DNA of 64,000 nt from an uncultured delta proteobacterium (lineage in GTDB: Bacteria; Myxococcota_A; UBA9160; UBA6930). Position numbers and translations under genes: made by a program. The stretch is from positions 96,897-160,896 of the forward strand of contig CAVQTC010000002.1 in NCBI GenBank assembly GCA_963716275.1. The letters run 5' to 3'. Shown here one piece after another: positions 37,823-49,114 of this stretch. Position 1 is the first letter of the stretch, and each line of letters begins with the position of its first letter. The notes below the pieces were generated by a model. It was not told the DNA's origin. It saw nothing but the letters and a program-made list of their open reading frames with translations, and did not search any database.

Positions 37823-39046
37823 ATGAGCGGGCAGGGCGAATTGCGCTACGGGAACACTCGGGTCGCGGGGCTCGGGCTGCTGGCGCTCCTCGTGCTGCTC
37901 CCGGTCACTCTGCCGGTTCCCGTGCTGCGCGAGCTCGTCCAGGAGCGCTTCGGCGTCTCCGAGCTCGCGACCTCGCTCTTCATGTCGGTGAACATGGTGG
38001 GCGCGCTGCTCGCGGCGCCGCTCGCGGGAGCCCTGGCCGACCACTGGGGCGGCCGCCGCGCGCTGCTCGTGCTGCGCGCTGGGGCTCGACGCCGCGTGCC
38101 TGCTCGGCCTGACCCTCGACCTCGCCTTCGCCGCGTTCCTGGCGATTCGCTTCGTCGAGGGCGGGGCGCACATCTCGGCGCTCTCGCTGCTCATGGGGAT
38201 CGCGTCCGGCGCGCGCCGGGAGGAGGAGCGCAGCGTGCCCCTGGGCGTGGTCGGCTCCGGGCTCCTGCTCGGCGTGGCGAGCGGCGCCCCGCTGGGCGGC
38301 CAGCTCGGGGAGCGCGATCCCCTGCTGCCCCTCTACGTGGGCGCCGCGATCGTGGTCGCCGCGGGCTCCCTCGCGTTCCTCGTCGTGCGCGAGACCGGCC
38401 GCGCCGGCGAGCGCCGCCCGGGCTTCGCCGAGATCGCGGCGCTCGTGGGCGCGCATCGCCTGGTCGCGCTGCCGCTGCTCTTCTCGCTGGTCGACCGCTT
38501 CACGGTCGGCTTCTTCACCTCGACCTTCGTCGTTCCTGGTCCGCAACGTGCACGGGCTCGGCTCGGCGCGCGTGGGCCTCCTGATCGGCAGCTTCATGCT
38601 GCCCTTCGCGCTGCTCTCGTTTCCGTTCGGTCTCGTCGCGCAGCGGACGTCGCGCGTGGCCTTCCTGGTGGGCGGGAGCCTCCTGTACGGCGGGCTCGTC
38701 GCGACGCTCGGCTTCTGGCCGCGCGACTGGCTGACGCGCCTTGATGCCGATCACGGGAGTCTCCGCGGCCGTGATGTTCATGCCGTCGCTCCTGCTCACC
38801 ACCGAGACGACCCCCGAGCGCATCCGCACGACCTCGCTCGGCGCCTTCAACGCCGCCGGGAGCCTGGGCTTCATCCTCGGCCCAGCGGCTGGAGGCGCGA
38901 TCAGCCAGGGCGTCGCCGCGAGCCACGGCTGGCTGGCGGGTTATCAGGCCGCCTTCGCGGTCGCGGGGGCGACGGTGATCGCCCTCGCGCTGCTCGCCTG
39001 GCGCCCGCTCGCGCGCTTCGAGCGCGGGCAGCGCGCGGCGTCCTAG
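37823..39046 (+). CDS. MFS transporter, multiply frameshifted
   Basis: TM-rich segments spread over three forward frames (ORFs 37823..38584, 38193..38744, 38548.., 38741..39046); the last segment ends at TAG 39044-39046. Confidence 0.7.
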
Positions 39047-39204
39047 CCCGAGCCGCGCGCGAGCCAGAACGCGCCGAGCCCGATCAGCGCCACCGCGCAG
39101 AGCGAGCGCGCCGCGAAGCGCGGCGGCAAGACCTTCTCCAGCAGCACCCTTCGGGCTCGTCGCGACCCACAGCGGCGAGAGCAGGGCGAGCGGCTTGGCT
39201 GGGC

Positions 39205-39408
39205 CCCATGTCGGCGCTCGTCAGCCTGTTGGGGGGTGGCGTGCTCGACCGCTTCCCGCGGCTCAGAGTCGGCTTCCTGGAGGCGAACTTCTCCTGGGCG
39301 CCCTGGCTCGTGCACCGCATCCACGCGCGCGAGACGCAGCGCAAGATCCTGTGGGACAACTGCGCGCGCCTCTACGGCCTCGCCCCTACCCCCGGCGCAG
39401 GGGGCTGA
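39205..39408 (+). pseudogene. C-terminal remnant (about 70 aa) of an amidohydrolase-2 family gene
   Basis: GVLDRFPRLRVGFLEANFSWAPWLVHRIHARETQRKILWDNCARLYGL matches the C-terminus of PF04909 proteins, with no N-terminal catalytic part upstream (the MFS gene ends at 39046). Confidence 0.4.
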
Positions 39409-39466
39409 TACCTTGCGCTCGCGCTGATCCGCGACCCCCTGCGCGGCCCGGGCGCTTGGGGGTGGC

Positions 39467-40870
39467 ATGGCCAAGCTCTTCGCAACGAAGTCGGTCGAGA
39501 GCTTCCAGGCCGACATGCGCGCCCACTCCGGGACGCTGCGGCGCGCGCTCAGCGCCTTCGACCTCGTGATGCTCGGCATCGGCGCCATCATCGGCACCGG
39601 CATCTTCGTGCTGACCGGCGTGGCCGCGGTGAACCACGCGGGCCCCGCGGTGAGCGCCTCCTACGCGCTCGCGGGTGCGATCTGCATCCTGGCCGCGCTC
39701 TGCTACTCCGAGTTCGCCACGATGATCCCGATCGCGGGCAGCGCCTACAGCTACGCGTACGCGACGCTCGGCGAGCTCGTCGCCTGGATCATCGGCTGGG
39801 ACCTCGTGCTCGAGTACGCGCTCGCGGGCAGCGCGGTCGCGGTCGGCTGGTCGGGCTACGTGGTCAACCTGCTCGGGAGCATCGGCATCCAGCTCCCGGC
39901 CGCGATCGCCGGCTCGCCGGGAACTCTGCCCGGCGCCGTCTTCAATCTTCCCGCGTTCCTCGTGCTGGTCGGCATCACGACGCTGCTCGTGCTCGGCATC
40001 CGCGAGAGCGCCACCACGAACGCGGTCATCGTCACGATCAAGCTCTTCGCGGTCTTCTTCGTGATCGCGGTCGGCTCGCTCTACGTGAACCCCGACAACT
40101 GGCATCCCTACATGCCCTTCGGCTTCAACGGCATGGTCGCGGGCGCGGCGACGGTCTTCTTCGCCTACATCGGCTTCGACGCGGTGACGACCGCCGCGGA
40201 GGAGGCGCGCAATCCCGAGCGCGACATGACGATCGGCATCGTGGGCTCGCTGCTCGGGTGCACGGTGCTCTATCTCGCCGTGGCTGCGGTGCTGACGGGC
40301 ATGGTGCCGCTCAGCGCCATCGACGTCTCCGCCCCGGTGGCCATGGCCTTCAGCGCCCACGGGCTCCACTGGGCGGCGCGCATCATCTCGGCCGGCGCGG
40401 TCGCCGGGCTCACCAGCGTGCTGCTCGTGCTCCTGCTCGGGCAGTCGCGCATCTTCTTCGCGATGTCGCGCGACGGGCTCCTGCCGCCCCTCTTCAGCCG
40501 GGTTCACCCGCGCTTCGGCACGCCGCACCTCTCGACGATCCTGGTGGGCGCGATCGTCTCCGTGATCGCCGGCTTCGTCCCGCTCCGCGAGCTCGCCGAG
40601 CTCGCGAACATCGGGACCCTGTTCGCGTTCGTCGTCGTCTCGATCGGCGTGATGGTGCTGCGCCGCACCGAGCCGGAGCGGCGCCGGCCTTTCCGCGCGC
40701 CGCTCGTGCCGCTCCTCCCGATCACCTCGGTGATCGGCTGCGTCTACCTGATGACGGCGCTGCCCGCGATCACCTGGGAGCGCTTCGTGATCTGGCTCGC
40801 GATCGGGATGGTGATCTACTTCTCGTACAGCGTTCGCCACAGCCGCGTGCAGCGCAGCGCGGCGCGCTGA
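39467..40870 (+). CDS. APC-family amino acid permease (cationic amino acid transporter-like)
   Basis: An intact 467-aa ORF with 12-14 TM helices; FDLVMLGIGAIIGTGIF is the APC signature. Confidence 0.9.
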   Translation: MAKLFATKSVESFQADMRAHSGTLRRALSAFDLVMLGIGAIIGTGIFVLTGVAAVNHAGPAVSASYALAGAICILAALCYSEFATMIPIAGSAYSYAYATLGELVAWIIGWDLVLEYALAGSAVAVGWSGYVVNLLGSIGIQLPAAIAGSPGTLPGAVFNLPAFLVLVGITTLLVLGIRESATTNAVIVTIKLFAVFFVIAVGSLYVNPDNWHPYMPFGFNGMVAGAATVFFAYIGFDAVTTAAEEARNPERDMTIGIVGSLLGCTVLYLAVAAVLTGMVPLSAIDVSAPVAMAFSAHGLHWAARIISAGAVAGLTSVLLVLLLGQSRIFFAMSRDGLLPPLFSRVHPRFGTPHLSTILVGAIVSVIAGFVPLRELAELANIGTLFAFVVVSIGVMVLRRTEPERRRPFRAPLVPLLPITSVIGCVYLMTALPAITWERFVIWLAIGMVIYFSYSVRHSRVQRSAAR

Positions 40871-40879
40871 GCCCGCGGC

Positions 40880-41299
40880 GTGGCAAAGGGCCTGAGCTTC
40901 TCGGGCGTGCTCATCCGCGTCGCGGCGGCCATCGTGCTCGTGATCGCCACCTACAACCCGAGCGGGCACAGCTATCTCGGCTGGGCGCTGCGCGACGTCA
41001 GCGACTTCACGCCCCTCCAGGCGGTCCTCGGAATCCTCCTCCTGGCGGGCTGGATTCTCTACGTGCGCGCGGCGCTCCACGCGCTCGGCTGGATCGGCGT
41101 CGGGCTCGCGGGCGCCTTCATTGCCGCGCTCGTGTGGCTCCTCGTCCAGCAGGGGCTCCTGAACCCGCAGGATTCGGGCGCCTTCGCGTGGATCGCGCTC
41201 GTGGGGGTCGGGCTCATCCTGGGCATCGGCCTCTCGTGGTCGGCCGTGCGCCAGCGCCTCACCGGGCAGGTCGATGTGGAAGGCGGTCCTCCCGCCTAG
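40880..41299 (+). CDS. small integral membrane protein (hypothetical)
   Basis: ORF 40880..41299 with 4 predicted TM helices, directly downstream of the permease. Confidence 0.5.
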   Translation: MAKGLSFSGVLIRVAAAIVLVIATYNPSGHSYLGWALRDVSDFTPLQAVLGILLLAGWILYVRAALHALGWIGVGLAGAFIAALVWLLVQQGLLNPQDSGAFAWIALVGVGLILGIGLSWSAVRQRLTGQVDVEGGPPA

Positions 41300-41927
41300 T
41301 GGTCGACGTGCGGCTCTCGAAGGGCGGCGTCTCGCCACTCCTGCATGGGCGGATGCGCGGCGACCGCGGCCACGTAGGCGCGCGCAGCCGCATCCATCGG
41401 CACGCCGTAGCTCGAGAAGCGGAAGGTGACCGGCGCGTAGAAGCAGTCCGCCGCCGAGAACGCGCCGAACAAGAAGGGGCCGCCCGCGCCGAAGCGCGCG
41501 CGGCAATCGCGCCAGATCTCCTGCACGCGCGCGGCGTCGGCCAGCGCCTCGGGCGTGTGGCCCTTGCCCGGAGCGTTCGCCTGCAGGTCCATGGGCATCG
41601 CGCCGCGCAGCGCCTGGAAGCCCGAGTGCATCTCGGCCACCGCCGAGCGCGCGAGGGCGCGGGCGCGCGGGTCGGCGGGCCAGAGCCCCGCGCCGGGGAA
41701 CTTCTCGGCCAGGTACTCGGTGATCGCGAGCGAGTCCCAGATGCCGATCTCGCCGTCTCTCAGGTAGGGGACTCGCCCGCTCGGCGAGTGGCGCTTCACC
41801 TGCTCGCGCCAGTCGGAGTCGCCGAACGAGACCAGCATCTCGTCGTAGGGCGCGCCCGTCTGGCGCAGCGCGAGCCAGCCGCGCAGCGACCACGACGAAA
41901 AGTTCTTCGAGCCGATCACCATCGTCA
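41296..41927 (-). CDS. glutathione S-transferase
   Basis: MARLTMVIGSKNFSSWSLRGWLAL... shows a GST N-terminal thioredoxin-like domain and a C-terminal helical domain. Confidence 0.8.
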
Positions 41928-41956
41928 GCCGCGCCATGAGCCCCTCCGGAGTCCAG

Positions 41957-43405
41957 TCAGAATGTGTACTGGGCGAAGAGGTAGAGGAAGTCCGGGCTCT
42001 CGGAGGGGCCGGTCTCTTCGACGTAGGCGCCCGGGAAGAAATGGGAATAGCCGGCGCCGAGCTGCGTGTGGGTGTCCAGCCGGTAGGCCGCCGTGAGGTC
42101 GATCTCCTCGCCCACGTGCTGAGAGGCATCGGGCGCCGCAGGCCGGAGCGGAGCGCCCCCCGCGTTGAACCAGCCCGAGCCCCGGGCCGCCCGGCGGAAG
42201 TGGTGGACCGTGAGCTCGGCCTGCAGCGCCGGGTGCGGCCGCAGCGAGAGCCCCGCGCACAGGCCGATCACGTTCTGGCGGGCGACCAGGTCCGCGATCC
42301 CGAAGTAGGCGTGGCCGAGCGGGAAGAGCTGGTCGAAGAGCGCGATGTCGCCGCCTGCGTGCGCGTCGCCGCTCGCCCAATCGGCGCCCACGAAGACGCG
42401 CGGCGAGGTCTGGCGATCCGAGTGCCAGTAGCCGACCGTCGCCGAGACCATGCCGGCGGAGATGTCGGCGTCGCCCCGCTCGCCCACCTGCCAGGCCGCC
42501 TCGCCCTCGACGTCGAAGCCGCTGGCCCCGAGCGGGCTCGAGAGGCGCGCGCCCAGCGTGTGGCGACGCTCGTCGCCGTCCACGGTGTCGCGCAGGAGGC
42601 CGTAGACGTAGAGCTCGGCGCGGCCGCTGCCCGGGAGCTCGCGCCGCCCGTGCAGCCCGTAGAACCACTGGTCGGTGACGTGGTCGTTGCGCTGGTAGGG
42701 CCGCACGCGCACCGGCGCCGTGGCGAAGGCGAAGAGCTCATTGCGCTCGCCCGCGTAGTCGAGCGTGAATCCGTCGAAGGTGCGGCGCGCGTTCGCCCAG
42801 TCGAGCGGCGAGACCAGGCGCTGCTTGCCGAGCCGGAGCTCCTGGCGGCCGACGCGCGCGCTCAGGACCGCCCCGCTCGCGAGGGGCTGCGCCCACTCGA
42901 GGAAGCCGTTCTGCAGATCGATGGTGTCCGAGTCGGCGGCCCGCGCGCCGTCGAACGCGCCGGGCTCGCTCGAGAAGGCGGACTTCGCCTCGACGAAGGC
43001 ACGCACGTGCTCGCCCACGTGGAGGTCCGCGTGGAGCCGCAGGCGCGTGAGCCAGAGCGTCTCCTGGTCGTCGCTCGGCGCGCCGAATGCGAAGCCGTTC
43101 CAGGCCTCGAAGCGCTCGCGCGCTTGGCCGCCCAACGAGACGTGGACAGCGTCGCCCAGGCGGATCCACTTCACCGGGTCGAAGGGGTCCCGGCTGGCGA
43201 GAGCATCCGGCGCGGCGAGCGCGCTCCAGTCCTCCTCGAAGCGCAGGTCGCGGAAGGCCGGGCGTTCCTCGGCGCGCCCCTGGGCGCGTTCCTCGGCGCG
43301 CCCCTGGGCGCGTTCCTCGGCGGCGAGCGGTCCGGCGCTGGCGAGCGCGAGGGTCAGCGCCAGCGTCAGCGCAGAGCCGGCTCGACTCGGTACCGTGCAG
43401 GCCAT
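41957..43405 (-). CDS. alginate-export-family outer-membrane beta-barrel protein
   Basis: Signal peptide, then beta-strand-rich sequence ending ...DFLYLFAQYTF (C-terminal Phe). The N-terminus carries a tandem EERAQGRA repeat. Confidence 0.8.
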   Translation of the reverse strand: MACTVPSRAGSALTLALTLALASAGPLAAEERAQGRAEERAQGRAEERPAFRDLRFEEDWSALAAPDALASRDPFDPVKWIRLGDAVHVSLGGQARERFEAWNGFAFGAPSDDQETLWLTRLRLHADLHVGEHVRAFVEAKSAFSSEPGAFDGARAADSDTIDLQNGFLEWAQPLASGAVLSARVGRQELRLGKQRLVSPLDWANARRTFDGFTLDYAGERNELFAFATAPVRVRPYQRNDHVTDQWFYGLHGRRELPGSGRAELYVYGLLRDTVDGDERRHTLGARLSSPLGASGFDVEGEAAWQVGERGDADISAGMVSATVGYWHSDRQTSPRVFVGADWASGDAHAGGDIALFDQLFPLGHAYFGIADLVARQNVIGLCAGLSLRPHPALQAELTVHHFRRAARGSGWFNAGGAPLRPAAPDASQHVGEEIDLTAAYRLDTHTQLGAGYSHFFPGAYVEETGPSESPDFLYLFAQYTF

Positions 43406-44126
43406 GCTAGGAGCCTCGCGCCGCGCACGCCGGGCCTCGCGCCTCGCGCTGTCGCTCTGCGCGCTGCTCGCGTTCGTCGGAGGGCACGCGCCCGGCGAGC
43501 CCGTCGAGGGTGGGGCGATTCATGGCCACGTGAAGCTCCTGCGCAAGAAGCTCTTCGGGAAGCCCGAGGCGGAGGCCCAGGTGCGCGATGTCGTGGTCTA
43601 CGTGACCGGCTTCTCCGGCAGGGCGCCCGGAGCGCTGGCCTCGCTCGACCAGCGCGACGAGCAGTTCCGGCCGCGGCTCCTCCCGATCGTGGCGGGCCAG
43701 AGCGTCGAGTTTCCGAACCGCGACCGCATCTACCACAACGTCTTCTCGGTGTCGCCGGCGCACGCCTTCGACCTCGGCCAATACAAGTCGAGCGATCCGC
43801 CCAAGCGCGAGCGCTTCGAACGGCCCGGCCTCGTGCCCGTCTACTGCAACATCCACCCCCACATGATCGCCTACGTCGCCGTGCTGGAGAACTCCGCCTA
43901 TGCGCTCGCGGCGCCGGACGGGAGCTTCTCGATCGAGGGCGTGCCTCCCGGCCGGCACGTCGTGCGCGCCTTCTCGCCGGGCGCCGAGCCGGTGCAGCGC
44001 GAGGTCGAGGTCGCGGCCGGTGGAGCCACCGAGGTCGAGCTCGAGCTCGTCGCGAGTGCGATCCCGAGCCACAAGCGCAAGGACGGCAGCGACTACCCGC
44101 GTCCCGGCAGCGACGCGGAGCAATGA
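43404..44126 (+). CDS. secreted cupredoxin-like / carboxypeptidase-regulatory-domain protein
   Basis: Signal peptide MLGASRRARRASRLALSLCALLAFVGG, then RIYHNVFSV...GLVPVYCNIHPHM (cupredoxin_1-like). Its start overlaps the divergent OMP start. Confidence 0.65.
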   Translation: MLGASRRARRASRLALSLCALLAFVGGHAPGEPVEGGAIHGHVKLLRKKLFGKPEAEAQVRDVVVYVTGFSGRAPGALASLDQRDEQFRPRLLPIVAGQSVEFPNRDRIYHNVFSVSPAHAFDLGQYKSSDPPKRERFERPGLVPVYCNIHPHMIAYVAVLENSAYALAAPDGSFSIEGVPPGRHVVRAFSPGAEPVQREVEVAAGGATEVELELVASAIPSHKRKDGSDYPRPGSDAEQ

Positions 44127-46125
44127 AGGGTCCGCGCCGCTTCGCAACCAAGCTCTTCCTCGCGTTCGCGGCGCTCGTCGCGCTCGCCATGGGGGCCGCG
44201 TTCTTCGCCCTCGAGCGCATCGCGCGCGAGCGCGCCGACGAGGGCTTCGCGCAGCGCTTCGAGCAGGCGCGCGCGGCGTTCGGCGAGCTCGCCCGCTTGC
44301 GCGAGCGCTTCGTCACCGACGAGATCGACGCCCTGGCGCGCGGGAACCCCCAGTTCCGCACCGTCCTCTCCACCGCGTCGCTGGCGCCGGGCCTCGACCT
44401 CGGCCTCGGGGGGGGCGATACCGCCGCCGCGGTCACCACGGACGCGAACCTGCGCCTGCGCTCGCTCCTGCCCTCGCTCGCCCTCGCCGAGCGCAGCGAC
44501 GTCCTCGTGCTGCTCGCCTCGGACGGGCGCCTGCTCTACAGCGCCGCGGATCCGCTGCGCGCCGGGGAGGACCTCGCGGCCCTCGCGCTCTACCAGGAGA
44601 CCGTGAACACGGGCGGCGGCGCGGCGGTCTGGACCGAGCGCGAGCCGCGGACCGGGGGCGTCCGGCTCGTGCCGAAGGGGCGCGCCCCCGCCGTCTACGA
44701 GGTCGTGGCGCGACCCGTGGTGTTCGAGGAAGCGGTCCACGGCGTGGTGATCGCCGGCACCCGCGTCGACCAGCAGACGCTGTTCGGCCTGCGCGCCGTC
44801 TCCGGGCTGGACATCGCGCTCGTCGCGCACGGCGACGTCGTGGCCTCGACGCTCTCGCCCGCGGCGCACGCCCAGCTCGCGCGGGAGTGGCGTACGCAGG
44901 GCGAGCGCGCGCCGCGCACGCTGGGGGCGGCCTATCGAATGCGGTCTTCTCCGCTCGCCCCGCAGCGCGAGCCCCTCGCGCAGTACGTGCTGCTCGCCTC
45001 CCTCGACGAGGAGCACGCCTTCGTGCGCCGCGTGCGGCGCTCGCTGCTCGGCGCGGGGGCGGGGATCCTCGCGCCTCTCGCTCGCCCTCGCCTTCACGCT
45101 GGCGCGCGGCATCACGACGCCCGTGCGCGAGCTCGCGCGCGCGGCGCGGCGGCTCGGCGCCGGCGATCTCGACGCGGAGGTGTCGCTCGCCTCGCGCGAC
45201 GAGCTGGGCGAGCTGGCGACCGCCTGGAACGAGATGACGCGGGGGCTCCGCGAGCGCGACCGCCTGCGGCGCACCTTCGAGCGCTACGTCTCGAAGGACG
45301 TCGCCGCCGAGATCCTGCGCCACCCCGAGCTCGCGCCGGTGGCCGGCGAGGCGCGCGAGCTCACCGTCGCATTCGTGGACATGGGCGGCTTCACGCAGCT
45401 CGCGGAGCGGCTCGAGCCGAGCGCGCTGGTGAGGCGGCTGAACGAGTACTTCGAGGTGGTGTGCGCCGCGGTGCTCGCGCGCAACGGCACCGTGAACGAG
45501 TTCGTGGGCGACGGCATCGTCGTGTACTGGGGCGCGCCGTTGCCCCAGCCCGACCACGCGCTCGCGCGCGAGCCTGGCGGTGCTCGATGCGCGCGACCGG
45601 CTCGCGACGCTCGCCGCGCGCTGGCGCGCCGAGGGCCTGCCCGGGGCGCGCTTCCGCATCGGCGTCCACACCGGCCCGCTCGTGATCGGCGAGATCGGCT
45701 CCGAGGAGCGGCGCGCCTACCGCGCGGTCGGGGACGCGATGAACCTCGCCGCGCGCATCGAGGGCGCCAACAAGGTCTACGCCACCGCGCTGCTCGTCTC
45801 CGAGGCGACGCGCGCGGCCGCGGGCGACGCGGTGCTGGCGCGCGAGATCGACCTCGTGCGCGTCGTGGGGCGCGCGCAGCCCGTGCGCCTCTTCGAGCTC
45901 GTCGCGGAGGCGGGCGCCGCGAGCCAGGAGCAGCGCGCCTTCCTCGCCCGCTGGAGCGCAGCGCTCGCCCGCTACCGGGCGCGCGACTTCGCAGCGGCAG
46001 CCGAGGCGTTCTCGGCCTGCGCCCCCGATCCCGCCGCCGCGGTGCTGGCGGCGCGCGCGGCGGCCTTCGCAGCCGCACCGCCGCCCCCGGACTGGGACGG
46101 CGTGCACGCGCTCGAGGAGAAGTAG
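44123..46125 (+). CDS. membrane-anchored sensor adenylate/guanylate cyclase (periplasmic domain - TM - HAMP - class III cyclase), with 2 or more frameshifts
   Basis: MKGPRRFATKLFLAFAALVALA... in one frame. HAMP plus cyclase (LGELATAWNEMTRGL...VAFVDMGGFTQLAE...FVGDGIVVYWGAP) lies in ORF 45123.. and the C-terminus in ORF 45580..46125. The ATG overlaps the upstream TGA. Confidence 0.75.
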
Positions 46126-46155
46126 CCGTAAGATGCGCGCACTTCGGAGGTTTCC

Positions 46156-47092
46156 ATGTCTCGCGCAATCCTTTGGGCCGCCGCTCTCGTGCTCGCATCC
46201 GTCTCCGCCCGCGCGGAGGAGGCGTGGTATCCCTCGCGCTACGGCGCGGGCGATACGATTGGCGCCGCCAACAACCTCTCCCCCGAGATCGTGAAGCAGG
46301 CCGCCAAGCTGGTCACCACCGGGAAGACCTACTCGCTTGGCCTCGTGGTCGGGCCCGACACGCCGGCCTATCCGCCGCGCAAGTACACGCTCGTGGTGAC
46401 CCAGTCGAACGACGGCACGGGGCCTCTGCTCGGCGAGAACCAGGCCACGGGGAACGACGATCTCGCCTTCACCTACTTCGGGATCGGCTCGCAGATCGAC
46501 GGGCTCGGCCACCTGGGCATCGCCCACCGCTACTACAACGGCCTGCCCGCGACGGAGTTCGTCCGCCCGACCGGCCTCTTGAAGCTCGGCACCGAGGGCA
46601 TCCCGCCGATCGTGACGCGCGGCGTGCTCCTGAACATGGCGGCGCTGCTCGGGGTCGAGACCGTGAAGGAGGGCACGCCCTACAACCGCGCCCAGATCGA
46701 CGCGGCGGCGAAGCGCCAGGGCGTCTCGATCCGCAAGGGCGACGTCGTGCTCTTCCACTCGGGCTGGATGGCGCGTTCGCGCCCAGGACTCCAACAAGTG
46801 GTGGTCGATGCACCCGGGCGTGGGCGTGGAGGGGGCCAAGTACCTGGCGGGCCTGGGCGTGGTCGCGGTCGGCGCCGACACCACCGCCGTCGAGGCGATC
46901 CCCTTCGAGAATCCCAACCGGCCCTTCGAGGTCCACCAGACGCTGCTCGCCAAGAACGGCGTCCACATCCTCGAGAACATGTTCACGGACGAGCTCGCGA
47001 AGGACGGGGTCTCCGAGTTCCTGTTCGTGCTGGGCCAGCCGAAGTTCCAGGGGGCCGTGCAGATGACGGTCAACCCGATCGCGATCCGCTAG
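46156..47092 (+). CDS. cyclase family protein (kynurenine formamidase-like), with a frameshift near 46790
   Basis: Signal peptide, then ...[13 protein letters not shown]...VVLFHSGW, then [24 protein letters not shown] in ORF 46808..47092. Confidence 0.75.
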
Positions 47093-47108
47093 GGGACCGC
47101 GCCGCGCG

Positions 47109-47835
47109 ATGGTGCGAACGATCTGGAGCCGCGTGGGCAGGGGCAAGACGCTCGCGGCGCGCCTGCGCCGGCTCGCCGTCCTGGTGCTCGCACTCGGCCT
47201 CGGGCTCACGCTCGGGCCCGTCGCGTGCCTCCGCGTGGTCGACCCGCCGACCAGCGCTTTCATGCTGCGCGATGGCGTCTCGCGCTTGTTGGCTGGCAAG
47301 GGCTGGGTCTCCTACCAGTGGGCCGACCTCGACGAGATCGCGCCGGCGCTCCCGCTCGCCGTCGTCGCATCCGAAGACCAGCTCTTCCCGGAGCACGACG
47401 GCTTCGACGTCGTCGCCATCGAGAAAGCCATGAAGGAGCGGCGGCGCGGGGGTCCGCGCGGCGCGAGCACGATCAGCCAGCAGGTCGCGAAGAATCTCTT
47501 CCTCTGGCCGAGGCGCAGCTGGCTGCGCAAGGGGCTCGAGGTCTACTTCACCGTCGCGATCGAGGCGCTCTGGCCGAAGCGGCGCATCCTCGAGGTCTAC
47601 GTGAACGTGGCCGAGTTCGGCGACGGCCTCTACGGCGCCGACCGCGCGGCCCAGCGCTACTTCGGCGTGCCGCCGCGCCGCTTGACCTGCCCAGCAGGCG
47701 GCGCTGCTCGCCGCGGTGCTGCCGAGCCCGCGCCGCATGCACGCCGACCGCCCGGGCCCCTACACCCAGGAGCGCGCGCGCTGGATCGAGGGGCAGATGC
47801 GCCAGCTCGGCGGCGGCTACCTGGCGGGTCTCTGA
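47109..47835 (+). CDS. mtgA: monofunctional biosynthetic peptidoglycan transglycosylase, with a frameshift near 47690
   Basis: [12 protein letters not shown]...[15 protein letters not shown]...[15 protein letters not shown], then ...[15 protein letters not shown]...GGGYLAGL* in the shifted frame. Confidence 0.8.
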
Positions 47836-47890
47836 GCGCCGCTCGCCGGGCGCCACGACCTCGCTACCGTGGCCGCCCTCCGGAGAGCCG

Positions 47891-49049
47891 ATGCCCACGC
47901 ACTGGAAGCGCGACCTCGAGGCGGACGGCGCGAAGTTCCGCGCCTGGCTCGCGCGCACATTGCCCGGCGCCAGCGACCTCGCGGTCTCGGATCTTCGTCG
48001 CGCCCCAGACCTCGGGCTTCTCGAACGAGACGCTGCTCTGCGAGGCGCGCTGGCGCGAGGCCGGACGCGAGCACCGCGAGTCGCTGGTCGTGCGCATCCA
48101 GCCGATCGGTTATCAGGTCTTCCCGGCCTACGACATGGGGCTCCAGTTCCGCACCATGCAGCTCCTGGCCAAGACCGACGTGCCGGTGCCGCGCGCGCTC
48201 TGGCTCGCCGCGGACGACCGCGAAGTGTTCGGAGCGCCTTTCTACGTGATGGCCCGCGTCGAGGGCCGCGTGCCCACCGATCAGCCGCCCTATCACACGG
48301 GCGGCTGGATGCTGGAGGCGACGCCGGAGGAGCGCCGCGCGATCTTCTTGGGCGGCTTCGAGGCGATGGCGAAGATCCATCGGCTCGACCTCGAGAAGAC
48401 CGGCTTCGGCTTCCTGCGCCGACCGGGCTACGCGAACGGCCTCGAGCAGGAGCTCGCCTTCTATCGCGACTACTTCGCGTGGGCCGCGGGCGGCCGCGAG
48501 CAGCCCGTCGCCGAGCGCGCGCTCGCCTGGCTCGAGGGCAACAAGCCGAGCGGCGAGCCCGACGGCCTCGTCTGGGGCGACGCGCGCATCGGGAACATCA
48601 TCTTCGACGGGACGCGCGTGGCCGCGGTGCTCGATTGGGAGATGGTGACGGTCGGAAGCCCCGAGAAGGACATCGCCTGGGCGATCTTCCTCGACCGCCA
48701 TCACAGCGAGGGCCTGGGCGCGCCGCGCCTCGCGGGCTTCCCGAGCTACGAGGAAGCGCTCGCCCACTACGAGACTTGCTCGGGCCACCGCGTGCGCCAC
48801 CTGCACTACTACCAGGTCTTCGCCGGCTTCCGTTTCGCCGTGGTGATGATGCGCATCGCGCAACAGCTCGCGCACTACGGGATGATGACCGCCGAGCAGA
48901 GCCGGGTCATGGAACAGAACAACACGGTGACCCAGTTGACGGCCAAGCTGTTGGGCCTTCCAGCGCCCGCCGGAGCTACTCCGGCCCTGAGGGGTTGGAC
49001 CCAAGGTCCCGTGGCGCGCGATCACACGGCGCTCGGCTTGCCCAACTGA
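47891..49049 (+). CDS. phosphotransferase family protein (APH-like), with a frameshift near 47990
   Basis: [20 protein letters not shown]..., then the frame of ORF 47109..49049: FYVMARVEG...[15 protein letters not shown]...VLDWEM. Confidence 0.8.
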
Positions 49050-49114
49050 TGATCGACCACGAGTTCGGCGTTTCGTCTCGAGTCGTCCGCGTTCCGAGAG
49101 TCGACAGCGGCTAC

